NCBI GenBank assembly: GCA_049513715.1
Contig: JBEKVV010000004.1
Location: 1-64,000 of the forward strand
DNA from: Candidatus Bathyarchaeia archaeon
GTDB taxonomy: Archaea; Thermoproteota; Bathyarchaeia; 40CM-2-53-6
Direction of reading: 5' to 3'
Length of the DNA: 64,000 bases
The notes below the pieces were generated by a model that saw only the letters and a list, made by a program, of their open reading frames with translations, had not been told where the DNA came from and made no database searches. A program made the translations under genes and the position numbers. This document shows positions 18,912 to 28,833 of the stretch, in pieces (the first letter of the stretch is position 1; every line of letters begins with the position of its first letter).

Positions 18912-19987
18912 GGTTTTCGAATCAGACCGACGTTCTCAGGCTCGACCCTCACCCAGGCAGTCGAACCTTTTACAATTGACCGTGTTCTTCGAATATTGGG
19001 CTCGGTGGCAATCAGCATCACTTTTGGACTAACAGCTACACGATACAAGTAGTTTGTGCCCAAAAACATCACGTGGTCGACTAATCCGCTGAGAACATTG
19101 CCTCCATCAGGCGGCTTGGCAGGCAGGACTTCGATTCGCTCGTAGCGAATGAAAGCTGTCACGCTATCGCCCACTCCGTATGCGTCCTGCTTGGGAACTG
19201 TAAGTACAGGGCCATCGTCGACGGAAACTTTCATCATGTTCTCACCGATCTCGGCAATCTTACCGTTCATGAAATTCGATTGGCCTATGAAGCTCGCGAC
19301 GAACTCTGATTTAGGATCCTCATAGAGCTGGTATGGTTCGCCCTGCTCGATAATGGATCCCTTTTGCATCACTACAGTTCGATCCGAGAGAGTCATCGAT
19401 TCCTCTTGGTCGTGCGTTACGAAGATTGTGGTGATCCCGATTCGCTGCTGAATCTGCTTTAGTTCTATTCGCATTTGAGCACGAAGCTTTGCATCGAGAT
19501 TACTGAGCGGCTCGTCCAAGAGTAAAACGTCGGGTTCGATGACAAGAGCCCGTGCCAATGCGACACGTTGCTGCTGACCGCCACTCAGCTGTTTAGGATA
19601 TCTTTCTTCCAGTCCCGGAAGCTGGACGAGGTCCAGGACTCGCTTGACCCTGTCCTTAATCTCGTTCTTCGGAAAATGCCTATACTTCAACCCGAAAGCT
19701 ACGTTGTCGTATACTCTCTTGTGAGGAAAAAGTGCGTAGTTCTGAAAGACCATTCCCGTGTTCCTTAGATATGAGGGGACATTGTTGACAAGCTCATCCC
19801 TAATGAAAACCGAACCGCGCGTCGGTCGCTCAAAGCCTGCTATAATTCGTAGAGTTGTTGTCTTTCCACAACCGCTCGGCCCCAATAGGGAAAGGAACTC
19901 GCCTTTCTTTACGTCGAGGCTAACTCCATTAACAGCCGTCATTTCACCGAAAACTTTTGTGACATCCTCTAATCGGACGAATGACAA
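18908..19987 (-). CDS. potA: Polyamine-type ABC ATPase
   Basis: GPSGCGKTT, FQNYALFPH, LSGGQQQR, LLLDEPLS, VTHDQEE, C-terminal TOBE. Confidence 0.88.
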   Translation of the reverse strand: MSFVRLEDVTKVFGEMTAVNGVSLDVKKGEFLSLLGPSGCGKTTTLRIIAGFERPTRGSVFIRDELVNNVPSYLRNTGMVFQNYALFPHKRVYDNVAFGLKYRHFPKNEIKDRVKRVLDLVQLPGLEERYPKQLSGGQQQRVALARALVIEPDVLLLDEPLSNLDAKLRAQMRIELKQIQQRIGITTIFVTHDQEESMTLSDRTVVMQKGSIIEQGEPYQLYEDPKSEFVASFIGQSNFMNGKIAEIGENMMKVSVDDGPVLTVPKQDAYGVGDSVTAFIRYERIEVLPAKPPDGGNVLSGLVDHVMFLGTNYLYRVAVSPKVMLIATEPNIRRTRSIVKGSTAWVRVEPENVGLIRKP

Positions 19988-20199
19988 TTCAATCCCCTTA
20001 AGGATGAAGATGGTTTAGCCCGGTCAGTGCAGATTGGCACAGGAGCTGATAGCTTTCTCGCTCTTCTAAAGGCTAGCGTTGGTTTGCAGTGCCGATTTTC
20101 GGCAAGCAAAACTTGACCAGCAGACGTGAAGCTCTTCTCCCTAATTTGCGGCCTGGCAATACTTTCGTAACAGTATTGTCGCAAGAATAAAATACTCCG

Positions 20200-21450
20200 A
20201 TGATTTTCGCTCATCAGGCAAGGTCTTTGGATTCTAGTGTGCTCAGAGGCAAGAGAGACCACTCCATAGCACTATTGAAACAGATGATTGCCATACCCAG
20301 CTCCAACCCCCATGTATCAGACAAAAACGAGAAAGAGATCGCGCGGTTCCTCAAAAAGGAGCTCGAAGGCGCGGGCTTTCAAGTCCAGCTTCAACAGATT
20401 ACAAGCGCGTATCCGCATGCCGGGCTGCCGGAAAACAGAACCTTCACTCGTCCAAACGTCATAGCACGAATCGGAAGGAAGGATGGAACCAAACTCATTC
20501 TAAATGGGCACATCGACACGGTTTCAGGAACCAACATGAAGAAACCATTCGAACCACGTGTTGTGGGCGATAGGTTGTATGGAAGAGGCAGCTCCGACAT
20601 GAAGGGCGGGGTCGCGGCGATCGTGGCGGCCGCTGAAGCAATTCACGAGTCATCTTGCAACCTGAATGGCGAACTTGTACTTTCACTAGTAGTGGACGAA
20701 GAAACACTAGGAGAAGGAACCAAGGAATTTTTGAAAAGAGAATCTGGTGACTTCGCCATAGTCGCCGAACCCACGGAAAATACACTTGGGATAGCCCAGG
20801 CAGGCTATATCGACTTCGACATATCCTGCAGAGGGGAATCAAGACATGGCCAAACTGCACTACCTCACCTTTGGCCCAGCGCTTTCCTGCAAGCGACAAA
20901 CATCTGCAACCGCATAATGGAAGACAAGGTTCTCATCAGGAAGCAGAGGCAGATGGGCGTGGAAATGAGCACAACTTTCAATGTGTCGCCGGTTCAGCCT
21001 GCTGTGCGCTCATCATTCGCTTGGATGACAATAGAAGATTATGCGGTCAACTGCCTTCTGGGGCTAGTCCCGGGGCAGACTGTCGAAAGTTCTGAAAGGT
21101 TGGCTAGGGCAGCGATGAATCGCATCAAACGCCATGTGACTAACGCTAATAGGCAGGGTCAGAAAACTGGGGTTACAAAGGCGCATTGGAACATCGGATT
21201 CGTACAAGCAGGAAATCCATATGTTAGAAGCTTCGAGAATGCCATGCAGAAGGTTCTCGATCATAATCAGCGAAGCTACGTGCTCAGTTTCTGTGACGCA
21301 ACTCACTTCTACCGTGCCAATATCCCGACAATATTATTCGGCCCTGGAAAAATGGAACTCGGACACAGCACCGACGAATGCACAAGCATACATCAGGTGA
21401 GGGATGCCACAAGCGTTCTCGCACACGCGATCGAGCAGATTCTCACGTAG
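20200..21450 (+). CDS. M20 family metallo-amidohydrolase (ArgE/DapE-like)
   Basis: NGHIDTV, YGRGSSDMKGG, VDEE, AEPT, GHSTDE; start uncertain. Confidence 0.88.
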   Translation: MIFAHQARSLDSSVLRGKRDHSIALLKQMIAIPSSNPHVSDKNEKEIARFLKKELEGAGFQVQLQQITSAYPHAGLPENRTFTRPNVIARIGRKDGTKLILNGHIDTVSGTNMKKPFEPRVVGDRLYGRGSSDMKGGVAAIVAAAEAIHESSCNLNGELVLSLVVDEETLGEGTKEFLKRESGDFAIVAEPTENTLGIAQAGYIDFDISCRGESRHGQTALPHLWPSAFLQATNICNRIMEDKVLIRKQRQMGVEMSTTFNVSPVQPAVRSSFAWMTIEDYAVNCLLGLVPGQTVESSERLARAAMNRIKRHVTNANRQGQKTGVTKAHWNIGFVQAGNPYVRSFENAMQKVLDHNQRSYVLSFCDATHFYRANIPTILFGPGKMELGHSTDECTSIHQVRDATSVLAHAIEQILT

Positions 21451-21516
21451 GACTGTCAGACATTAACCTAGCAGCGGACGGGGAGCGGGCTCCGCGCGGG
21501 TACGGCTTTGAGTAGG

Positions 21517-22644
21517 CTACGTTTTGGTGTTCTTTGCGGCAAAGTCATTGTAGAGGTTGCGCAGTTCCTTTGCTGCGGCCTCGCCTTCCGATATGCTGAA
21601 ACGTTTGCGCTCGTAGTGCAACATCTCTTTCATGATTTTGTGCGCCTTGTCGGTGAGTACGACCGACCCGTCGTCCTCTATCCGTTCAATTCCATCATAT
21701 TTCTGGGCTTCTTCATTGATGTGAATAGCTTCTTTGAGTGTTAGTCCCGCTGGAATCACGACTTCGGCTCCTTTTGCGCTCAAACGTACAGGATAACCGC
21801 CCGGTAGTCCCTGTGGCCCCGGAGCATGAGTCAGTTCGTTAGTATCGTTGGCAATTGCGAGTATGTTCTTGACGGCGGAAGATGCCACCTGAGAGTCGCT
21901 TCCAGTTAGTGGAGGTGTGGGGATCGGGGTGAGTAGCATTCGCTCGCCATTTACTTCCTCGGTCACGTCTCGGTCTCCGACAAGGATTCGGAGAAAGTAT
22001 GGAGCGCCTCCAGTAGTACCGAACTCTTCTACTCTGACGTCGTGGTAGTGGTACCCCAGCATGAAGACAGTGACATTGTTCATCGGAACACCCAACTTGT
22101 CGCTTACCCCTTTCTTTATCCGAGGCACCAATAGATCGAAGTTGCCGATGCCCACCGTGGGGGCCAAACCGACTTTGGACAGTATGCAGTTTACGGCGTC
22201 GGGGAACGAGCAGCTCACAACATGCGCCTTTACGCCCGACTTTCGAACAGCCTGCATCAATTTGTGCGTGAGAGTGAGGTGCATCGGAGTCCACGGCCCC
22301 AAGCCCGCGTCCAGAAGCTTGAGGTACGCATCCTCAGGGAGTTGAGTGCCGATGACCCACCAAGATTGCAGCGTGCTCGCATTCACAACAACATCAGGCT
22401 GTTCATTCTGCAGAATCGTGCTTGTCCCATCAATATCGTTCAAATCTATCTTCGAGAACTTCATGCGCGGATAGAAGCCCATGTTCGCGGCTCCGAGCAT
22501 AACATTGTTAGTCTTTTGGAGTCCGCGCTGCTCATCATAATCTGCTGCGATTATCTCAGTTGGGCCGCGGGACCTGGCGAGAAACTCGAGAATATGGCCT
22601 CCAAGACTGCCGAGGCCGATAACGAGAATTTTGCTCATGCTCAA
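21517..22644 (-). CDS. Uncharacterised NAD(P)-binding Rossmann-fold protein
   Basis: IGLGSLGG N-terminal motif, SFPDAVN, PTVGIGN, HAPGPQGLPGGYPV. Confidence 0.65.
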   Translation of the reverse strand: MSMSKILVIGLGSLGGHILEFLARSRGPTEIIAADYDEQRGLQKTNNVMLGAANMGFYPRMKFSKIDLNDIDGTSTILQNEQPDVVVNASTLQSWWVIGTQLPEDAYLKLLDAGLGPWTPMHLTLTHKLMQAVRKSGVKAHVVSCSFPDAVNCILSKVGLAPTVGIGNFDLLVPRIKKGVSDKLGVPMNNVTVFMLGYHYHDVRVEEFGTTGGAPYFLRILVGDRDVTEEVNGERMLLTPIPTPPLTGSDSQVASSAVKNILAIANDTNELTHAPGPQGLPGGYPVRLSAKGAEVVIPAGLTLKEAIHINEEAQKYDGIERIEDDGSVVLTDKAHKIMKEMLHYERKRFSISEGEAAAKELRNLYNDFAAKNTKT

Positions 22645-23011
22645 TCCTCATGGGACGAGGACGAACTCGACCATTAAGAGTTCCTCGCGAAATCCTATGT
22701 TGGGAATTTGGGAGACCTAATCACGCGACGGGCTCATGATTTCAAACGGCTTAAGATTTCTCGGGCACTTTGGACGATATATTCGATATCACCGAACTTG
22801 GGGACTTGGCTGCTATTCCCTCCGGAAAAATGAGCGAACTTCTACGCCACAAGGCAGAAGAAGCCTTCGCAGACGCACTCGGAGAATCGCTGCAAAAGCA
22901 TCATCTGCGAATCAGAAGAGTTTGAGGAAAGAGGCGGAAGAAATCGTTGACCGGGTTTGGGCTAGGAAAGCAGAAGTAATCGTACGCTATTGTTTGGGTG
23001 GGTAGTTCGAG

Positions 23012-24091
23012 TTGCGTCCCCGTGTGCGCGAATGTGGGATAAATATCGGGAACATGGAGCTTGGGCAGCAAAATTCCATAACGGACGTTGAGGGTGTTCG
23101 CGTGGGGAGCGTTACTCTAATTCAAGGCGAGGGGAAGCTCACGCCCGGTCTTGGGCCAGTCAGAACAGGTGTGACCGTGATTTTGCCTCACACTAAAAGT
23201 GTGTTCGAGGAGAAGGTTAGATCAGCAGTTCACGCTCAGAATGGGGCTGGTGAACTCACGGGGGCCCTTCAAGTGATGGAGTGGGGCATTCTCGAGACGC
23301 CCATCGCGCTCACCAATTCATTGAACGTGGGACTAGTGCACGACGGCATGGTTGAGTACATGCTGAAGGAGAACCCGGAGATTGGGAATCAAGCTGACGT
23401 GATCTTGCCTGTAGTCGGTGAATGCGATGACAGTTACCTCAACGACATTCAAGGCAGACATGTGAAACAGGGGCATGTGTTGGAAGCCTTCCGAGCTACC
23501 AGCAGGACAGTGACGGAGGGTTCGGTGGGCGGCGGCACGGGGATGACCGCGCTGGGTTTCAAGGCGGGCATCGGCACAGCGTCCCGGCGAATCGATGGTA
23601 AGCTGGGAGACTACACACTTGGAGTTCTGGTGAACGCAAACTTTAGTGGGAATTTGCACGTGGACGGAGTCCCAGTTGGCCGACAATTCAGAAACCCGAA
23701 GCGTAACCGCAACGGTGACAGATCGATAATAACCGTTATCGCAACCAACGCCCCGCTTACTGCGCCTCAGTTGCGCCAAATTGCCGCACGTGTTCCTCTC
23801 GCCCTTGGTAGAGTCGGGTCAGTTTCGGCCAACTCAAGTGGTGATATTTCCATAGCCTTCTCCACAGCCGAAAAGATTGGGCGCTCACTCACGCCAATTT
23901 CAGGTACTCATGAAGCTGTGCCTGTTGACACTTTGGATGAGCTGTTCGGTGCGGCGGTTGAGGCCACGGAGGAAGCAATCCTTAACTCGATTTTTGCGAG
24001 CGAGACCATGAAAGGACGCGATGATAACGTTTCGCATGGGTTGCCTATTGACGAAGTGCTTGAGGTCTTGAGGAAAAAGGGGAGACTCTGA
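23012..24091 (+). CDS. DmpA/BapA (P1/S58) aminopeptidase
   Basis: NSITDVEGVRVG, RTGVT, PVVGECDD, GGGTGM, SIITVIATNAP, SGDISIAFST. Confidence 0.9.
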   Translation: MRPRVRECGINIGNMELGQQNSITDVEGVRVGSVTLIQGEGKLTPGLGPVRTGVTVILPHTKSVFEEKVRSAVHAQNGAGELTGALQVMEWGILETPIALTNSLNVGLVHDGMVEYMLKENPEIGNQADVILPVVGECDDSYLNDIQGRHVKQGHVLEAFRATSRTVTEGSVGGGTGMTALGFKAGIGTASRRIDGKLGDYTLGVLVNANFSGNLHVDGVPVGRQFRNPKRNRNGDRSIITVIATNAPLTAPQLRQIAARVPLALGRVGSVSANSSGDISIAFSTAEKIGRSLTPISGTHEAVPVDTLDELFGAAVEATEEAILNSIFASETMKGRDDNVSHGLPIDEVLEVLRKKGRL

Positions 24092-24147
24092 CAGGTTTAT
24101 TCCGTGCGGTACTCACATCTCTATGCACATCACTTTGAGAGGAGTAT

Positions 24148-25971
24148 TCAGAGCTTATCCGTGGCGGAATGAGGTAGTGGCAGGAACCGGGTCAACCATC
24201 CCAAAGCGTAATCGTACAGGCGAATCTGATTCGAGATCTTCCGGGGCCAGTGTCCTTCGTCAGGGAATTCGAGATAATCCACAGTCTTCCCCATCATCCG
24301 CATCTTTTCCACAATCTCTCGGGCTTCTGTGACTGGGCATCGAGGGTCGTGAGCTCCTCCGGTGAAGCAGACCGGGGCCCGGATCCTGTCGAGGTAGAAG
24401 ATGGGTGAATACTTCCGGAGGAGTTCCTCTTCTTTCTCTGGGGGCCCCATCTTGTTCCAGTCGTAGATCTGAAGGTTCCCACGCTCGTTCTTCGTTGCGG
24501 TGAACCAGTTGAAGTAACCCACGATACTCACGCCGACGGCCCAAAGGTCTGGGGCCTGCTCGAGGCAGTGTGCAACACAGTATCCGCCATAGCTTATACC
24601 GATGATGCCCAAACGGTTCGGAGCGCATTGTCCCTTAGCGATGAGCCAATGGCCACCGGCTATGATATCTCTAATGTCTCCTCCTCCGAGGTCGTGATCA
24701 CTAATTCTTCGCCATGCTCGGCCGTATCCCGTACCCCCGCGGTAGTTAGGGGCGAGTACTGCAAAGCCCTGAGCCACCATGAGCTGATAACCAGCGTCCC
24801 ACTCGTTGAGGACCTGATCCTCGGGACCGCCATGAGGGTCTACAACGGCCGCGTGACGTTCGCGCCCAGCTGGCGGAACAAAGAGCCAGGCTGGGATCTT
24901 GCGGTCATCAAAGGATCGGTACCACACGAGTTTTGGTACGACGAGTTCATTACGCGGGAGCTTCACCGGGGTACCAACAATACGCGAGGCCAGGTTCCTC
25001 CGCGAGCACACAATTTCGTGGGGCTTCACGAACGTAGAGTGCGTGTAGAAGATATCGCGTGAGTTCGGATGCCACACGGGGCGTGAAGCAGCGCCCTCGG
25101 AGGCTGAAACTCTTCGAACTCCAGTTCGAGTAGGCGCGGTCGTTCGCAGCTCGACGTTTCCATGGTGGTTCTCTAAGTATGCGATGCGGGCGCCGTCGGG
25201 GGACCAAAGGGGCACGGTTTTGTCCCAGTGATTCTCGACGGCCCAGCGAATGTTGTGTGTATCAAGGTTGAGGATCCCGATGTCCAGATGGTCATGAACG
25301 TTGGAGACAAAGGCAAGTTCCCTGCCGTCCGGAGACCATGGCCTTGGCCGTGCCATCGCCCCCGCAATGAAGTTCTCCGAGTTCGGCATGCCCACAAGTC
25401 TCTCCATGTTTCCATCCAGATCAACTAAACCCACCCAGTCACCGATTCCGAAGCCCGCGCTGAACGCGATAGACTTGCCGTCGGGTCGCCATGCGATTTC
25501 ATTGACGATGTCATCGACTCGTGTCAGTTGCTTGGTTTCGCCGCCCTCAGCGTCCGTAACGAAGATGTTCTCCCGGTCATGGTCCCGATTTGAGATGAAT
25601 GCGATCTTCGTGCCGTCCGGTGACCAACTGGGAAACGCACTGTCTGCTGGCGTATCCGTGAGTTTCCGAGTTATGTCGCCTCTCGTATGAACGATGAAGA
25701 TGTTAGAATTCTCGTCCCCCTCGAAATCTGATTGGTACGCGATCCACTGCCCGTCTGGGGAGAATTCTGGGTTAAGCGCTGATTGTGCGGATTCGACTAG
25801 AGCTTTCTCGCGCTTCGTTTTCAGTTCTCGAAGGTAGACCGCCCACTGCTCCCCCTTGTTTGCGGAGTACGCCAGTAGACGGCCGTCCGGGGAGATGTCG
25901 AAGCTGCCAAGTTCCCAGATCTTGCGAAGAAACTTTCGAGGGGTGAAGGTTACCTTGCGAGTCATGGTCAC
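24148..25971 (-). CDS. S9 family (acylaminoacyl) peptidase with TolB-like propeller
   Basis: Repeated WSPDG, HGGP, NYRGGTGYG, GISYGG (Ser), DPRC (Asp), DEGH (His). Confidence 0.92.
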   Translation of the reverse strand: MTMTRKVTFTPRKFLRKIWELGSFDISPDGRLLAYSANKGEQWAVYLRELKTKREKALVESAQSALNPEFSPDGQWIAYQSDFEGDENSNIFIVHTRGDITRKLTDTPADSAFPSWSPDGTKIAFISNRDHDRENIFVTDAEGGETKQLTRVDDIVNEIAWRPDGKSIAFSAGFGIGDWVGLVDLDGNMERLVGMPNSENFIAGAMARPRPWSPDGRELAFVSNVHDHLDIGILNLDTHNIRWAVENHWDKTVPLWSPDGARIAYLENHHGNVELRTTAPTRTGVRRVSASEGAASRPVWHPNSRDIFYTHSTFVKPHEIVCSRRNLASRIVGTPVKLPRNELVVPKLVWYRSFDDRKIPAWLFVPPAGRERHAAVVDPHGGPEDQVLNEWDAGYQLMVAQGFAVLAPNYRGGTGYGRAWRRISDHDLGGGDIRDIIAGGHWLIAKGQCAPNRLGIIGISYGGYCVAHCLEQAPDLWAVGVSIVGYFNWFTATKNERGNLQIYDWNKMGPPEKEEELLRKYSPIFYLDRIRAPVCFTGGAHDPRCPVTEAREIVEKMRMMGKTVDYLEFPDEGHWPRKISNQIRLYDYALGWLTRFLPLPHSATDKL

Positions 25972-25974
25972 ACC

Positions 25975-27024
25975 TCAGGGGAAAGGTTCCTGCCAGAAGT
26001 GGCAGGCGACCCAGCGCTCGCCTCCAATGCTTCGCAGTTCGGGTTCCTCTATCTTGCATTTTTCCTTCCCGATGGGGCATCGTGGGTGGAATCTGCAGCC
26101 CTTCGGTACATCAATGGGGTCGGGGACTTCCCCGTGAAGTATGACTCTCTTGTGCCTGAACTTGGGGTCAGGGACCGGAACCACGGAGACGAGTGCTCTA
26201 GTGTAAGGATGTTTAGGGTCTCTGATCAAGTCGAAGGAGCTTGCTCTCTCAACGATCTTACCTGAATACATCACGGCGATAGTGTCACCCATAACCCACG
26301 CTAACGAGAAGTCGTGTGTGATGAAAAGGAAGCTCGCGTCTTCTCTCTTCTTAATGTCTAGCATTATCCTGAGGATATCTGCGCGCATCGAAACGTCCAC
26401 CATAGACACCGGCTCGTCAGCGATGAGGAAGATAGGGTCCAGGACCATAGAGGATGCGATTCCGACCCTTTGCCTCTGCCCCCCGCTCAGTTCATGAGGG
26501 TACCGGTGAAGGAACGTCTCCGGAGGAATCAGGCCCACATTGGAAAGCGCCGTAAGAATCTTCTTCATTTTTTCTTCGCGGCTTCCGCCAACTCTATTCA
26601 CATCGAGCGGTTCTGAAAGCTGGTCCAGAACGCTATGCTTTGGATCCAGTGACTCGTAGGGATCTTGGAAGATAAGCTGTATTTTGGGTCGGATTCTACG
26701 AATCTGCCTTGGACCAGCGGAGCACAACTCAATGGTTTCGCCGTCATCGCGGAAGTTGATTGTCCCGCTAGTAGCCTCTACGAGTTTTAGAATGCATCTG
26801 GCGGTTGTTGTCTTGCCGCATCCGCTTTCCCCAACGAGGCAGAAGACTTCTCCGCGGCGAACGTCGAAACTGATTCCGTCCACAGCGTGTATGAATTTCT
26901 CCTCGCTTTTGGCGAGGCTGGTGAGTATGCCGGTTCTAACCGGGAACCATACTTTCAGGTCTCTGACTTCTAGGACATTCTGCAAGGTTTCATCGCTTCC
27001 AACATGCGACATAGCGGTTGCCAT
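25975..27024 (-). CDS. oppF: Oligopeptide ABC ATPase
   Basis: GESGCGKTT, LSGGQRQR, DEPVS, GCRFHPRC; start uncertain (27012-27054). Confidence 0.85.
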   Translation of the reverse strand: MATAMSHVGSDETLQNVLEVRDLKVWFPVRTGILTSLAKSEEKFIHAVDGISFDVRRGEVFCLVGESGCGKTTTARCILKLVEATSGTINFRDDGETIELCSAGPRQIRRIRPKIQLIFQDPYESLDPKHSVLDQLSEPLDVNRVGGSREEKMKKILTALSNVGLIPPETFLHRYPHELSGGQRQRVGIASSMVLDPIFLIADEPVSMVDVSMRADILRIMLDIKKREDASFLFITHDFSLAWVMGDTIAVMYSGKIVERASSFDLIRDPKHPYTRALVSVVPVPDPKFRHKRVILHGEVPDPIDVPKGCRFHPRCPIGKEKCKIEEPELRSIGGERWVACHFWQEPFP

Positions 27025-27940
27025 CGACAGTCTTGCCTGGGGGGTCGACCTCACATTCTTTGCTCGCCAAGGGGCAGCGAGGTGCGAATCTGCAGCCGGG
27101 AGGTGGGTGAAGTAGGTCGGGTGGGGAACCAGGTATAGAAACGGGAAGTTCTCTCGAGGCGTGAATGTTAGGAAAACCCTTGAGGAGCCCAGAGGTGTAT
27201 GGATGAAGTGGGTTCTCGAACATTGTTACGACGTCAGCGTGCTCCACGAGTTTGCCTGCGTACATTATTGCAACTTTCTCGCAGGTTTCCGCGATAACAG
27301 ATAGATCATGCGTGATGAGAATTGTCGACAACGACATCTCTTTCTGGATATCCTTAACGAGTTGCTGAATTTGCATCTTCGTCATGACATCTAGTGCTGT
27401 CGTTGGTTCATCGAGTATTACAAGTCTGGGTTCGCATGCTAGTGCCATAGCAATCATTACGCGCTGCCTCATGCCTCCGCTGAACTCGTGGGGATAGTCT
27501 CTCGCTCTTGACTTATCGATGCCAACTAGCTCCACTAGTCTTTCCGCTCTTCGTGTGGCCTCGTCCTTCGCTATCTTCTCGTGGAGAAGGATGGGCTCTG
27601 CGATTTGCTCAACGATTCTCTTGACGGGATTGAGGGCGTTCATCGCGCCTTGAAAGACTATTGAGATCTTCTTCCATCTGGTCCTCCTCAGTCGTCTGTC
27701 AGACATCTTGACAATGTCTTGGCCGTCATACAGGATCTCACCTCCAAGGATGCTTGCATTCGGTGGTAGAAGTCGCATTAATGAAAGGGCGACTGTTGTC
27801 TTGCCGCATCCTGATTCTCCCGCGAGTCCTAATGATTCACCTACGTCCACGTGGAAGCTAACATCGTCGACGGCCTTGACGTAATCGCCGTCCGCTCGGT
27901 AGAAGGTCTTCAATGCGTTGACTTGGAGTAACGCTGTCAA
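26990..27940 (-). CDS. oppD: Oligopeptide ABC ATPase
   Basis: GESGCGKTT, FSGGMRQR, DEPTTALD, GCRFAPRC; TTG start overlapping the oppC stop. Confidence 0.85.
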   Translation of the reverse strand: MTALLQVNALKTFYRADGDYVKAVDDVSFHVDVGESLGLAGESGCGKTTVALSLMRLLPPNASILGGEILYDGQDIVKMSDRRLRRTRWKKISIVFQGAMNALNPVKRIVEQIAEPILLHEKIAKDEATRRAERLVELVGIDKSRARDYPHEFSGGMRQRVMIAMALACEPRLVILDEPTTALDVMTKMQIQQLVKDIQKEMSLSTILITHDLSVIAETCEKVAIMYAGKLVEHADVVTMFENPLHPYTSGLLKGFPNIHASRELPVSIPGSPPDLLHPPPGCRFAPRCPLASKECEVDPPGKTVDGNRYVACWKR

Positions 27941-28833
27941 GCTTTTCGTTCCCTTAATCTGGGGTTGGATATTTCTTCGATCGAGTAGCCTATCAGCGTG
28001 AAGCCCATTACGAGGAGTATGATCGCCACGCCTGGAGATATGACCCACCACCAGGCGTCTCGATAGACTGCGTTATTTGACAACGCTAAATGGAGTATCA
28101 TTCCCCAACTGACCGTTGTGGGGTCTCCGAGCCCCAGGAAATCCAGTGTCACTTCTGACAGGACTGCGCCTGCTACTGTGAGGACCGCGTTTGCGAAGAC
28201 AAGCGGAAAGACGTTCGGCAGAATGTGCCTTGTTAGGATTCGGAGGTCTCCTGCTCCTGCTGTGCGAGCTCGGTCAATGAACTGGCGTTCTCTCACAGTT
28301 AGAACCTGGGACCTGATCACCCTCGCCGTTCCACTCCAGCCCGTGATGCCAATAACGAAAATCACAACCCAGAGAACAGGAATCGGGATTTCCATGGCTT
28401 CGACGACTGCGACCAGTACTATGATGAGCGGAAGGTAAGGAATCACCAGGAAGAAGTCTATGACTCTTTCAAGGAATTCTCCAAATCTTTTGCCGTAGTA
28501 TCCTCCGAACAGCCCAATCAGGGTTCCGACAACTGCAGATATCAGCGTTGCAAACACGCCCACAAGAAGGGAAACTCTGGTGCCGTATACCATCTGACTG
28601 AATATATCGTGCCCAAACCAGTCTGTTCCAAGCCAGTTCAGACTATTCGGAGGTAGCCACGTTCTGCGGGCATCAATCTTGGTGGGGTCGAATGGCGAAA
28701 GATAGCTGGCGAAGGCTGCGATGGCGAAGAAGAATAGGACGAGGGCGAGACCGAGAACTCCTTTCCTTACGCGTGAGTAAATATTCCAGAACCCAGAAAC
28801 AGTACGCCATATAGGAGTCACTGCCGGCTTCAT
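27937..28833 (-). CDS. oppC: Oligopeptide ABC permease
   Basis: WLGTDWFG, RVSLLVG, ARVIRSQVL, HILPN, FLGLG; ATGA overlap with oppB. Confidence 0.88.
   Translation of the reverse strand: MKPAVTPIWRTVSGFWNIYSRVRKGVLGLALVLFFFAIAAFASYLSPFDPTKIDARRTWLPPNSLNWLGTDWFGHDIFSQMVYGTRVSLLVGVFATLISAVVGTLIGLFGGYYGKRFGEFLERVIDFFLVIPYLPLIIVLVAVVEAMEIPIPVLWVVIFVIGITGWSGTARVIRSQVLTVRERQFIDRARTAGAGDLRILTRHILPNVFPLVFANAVLTVAGAVLSEVTLDFLGLGDPTTVSWGMILHLALSNNAVYRDAWWWVISPGVAIILLVMGFTLIGYSIEEISNPRLRERKA

Noticed and set aside
22736..23005. 89-aa basic ORF, possibly a decayed gene end
   Set aside because: No recognisable motif in any frame; resemblance to methyltransferase C-termini is too weak to support.
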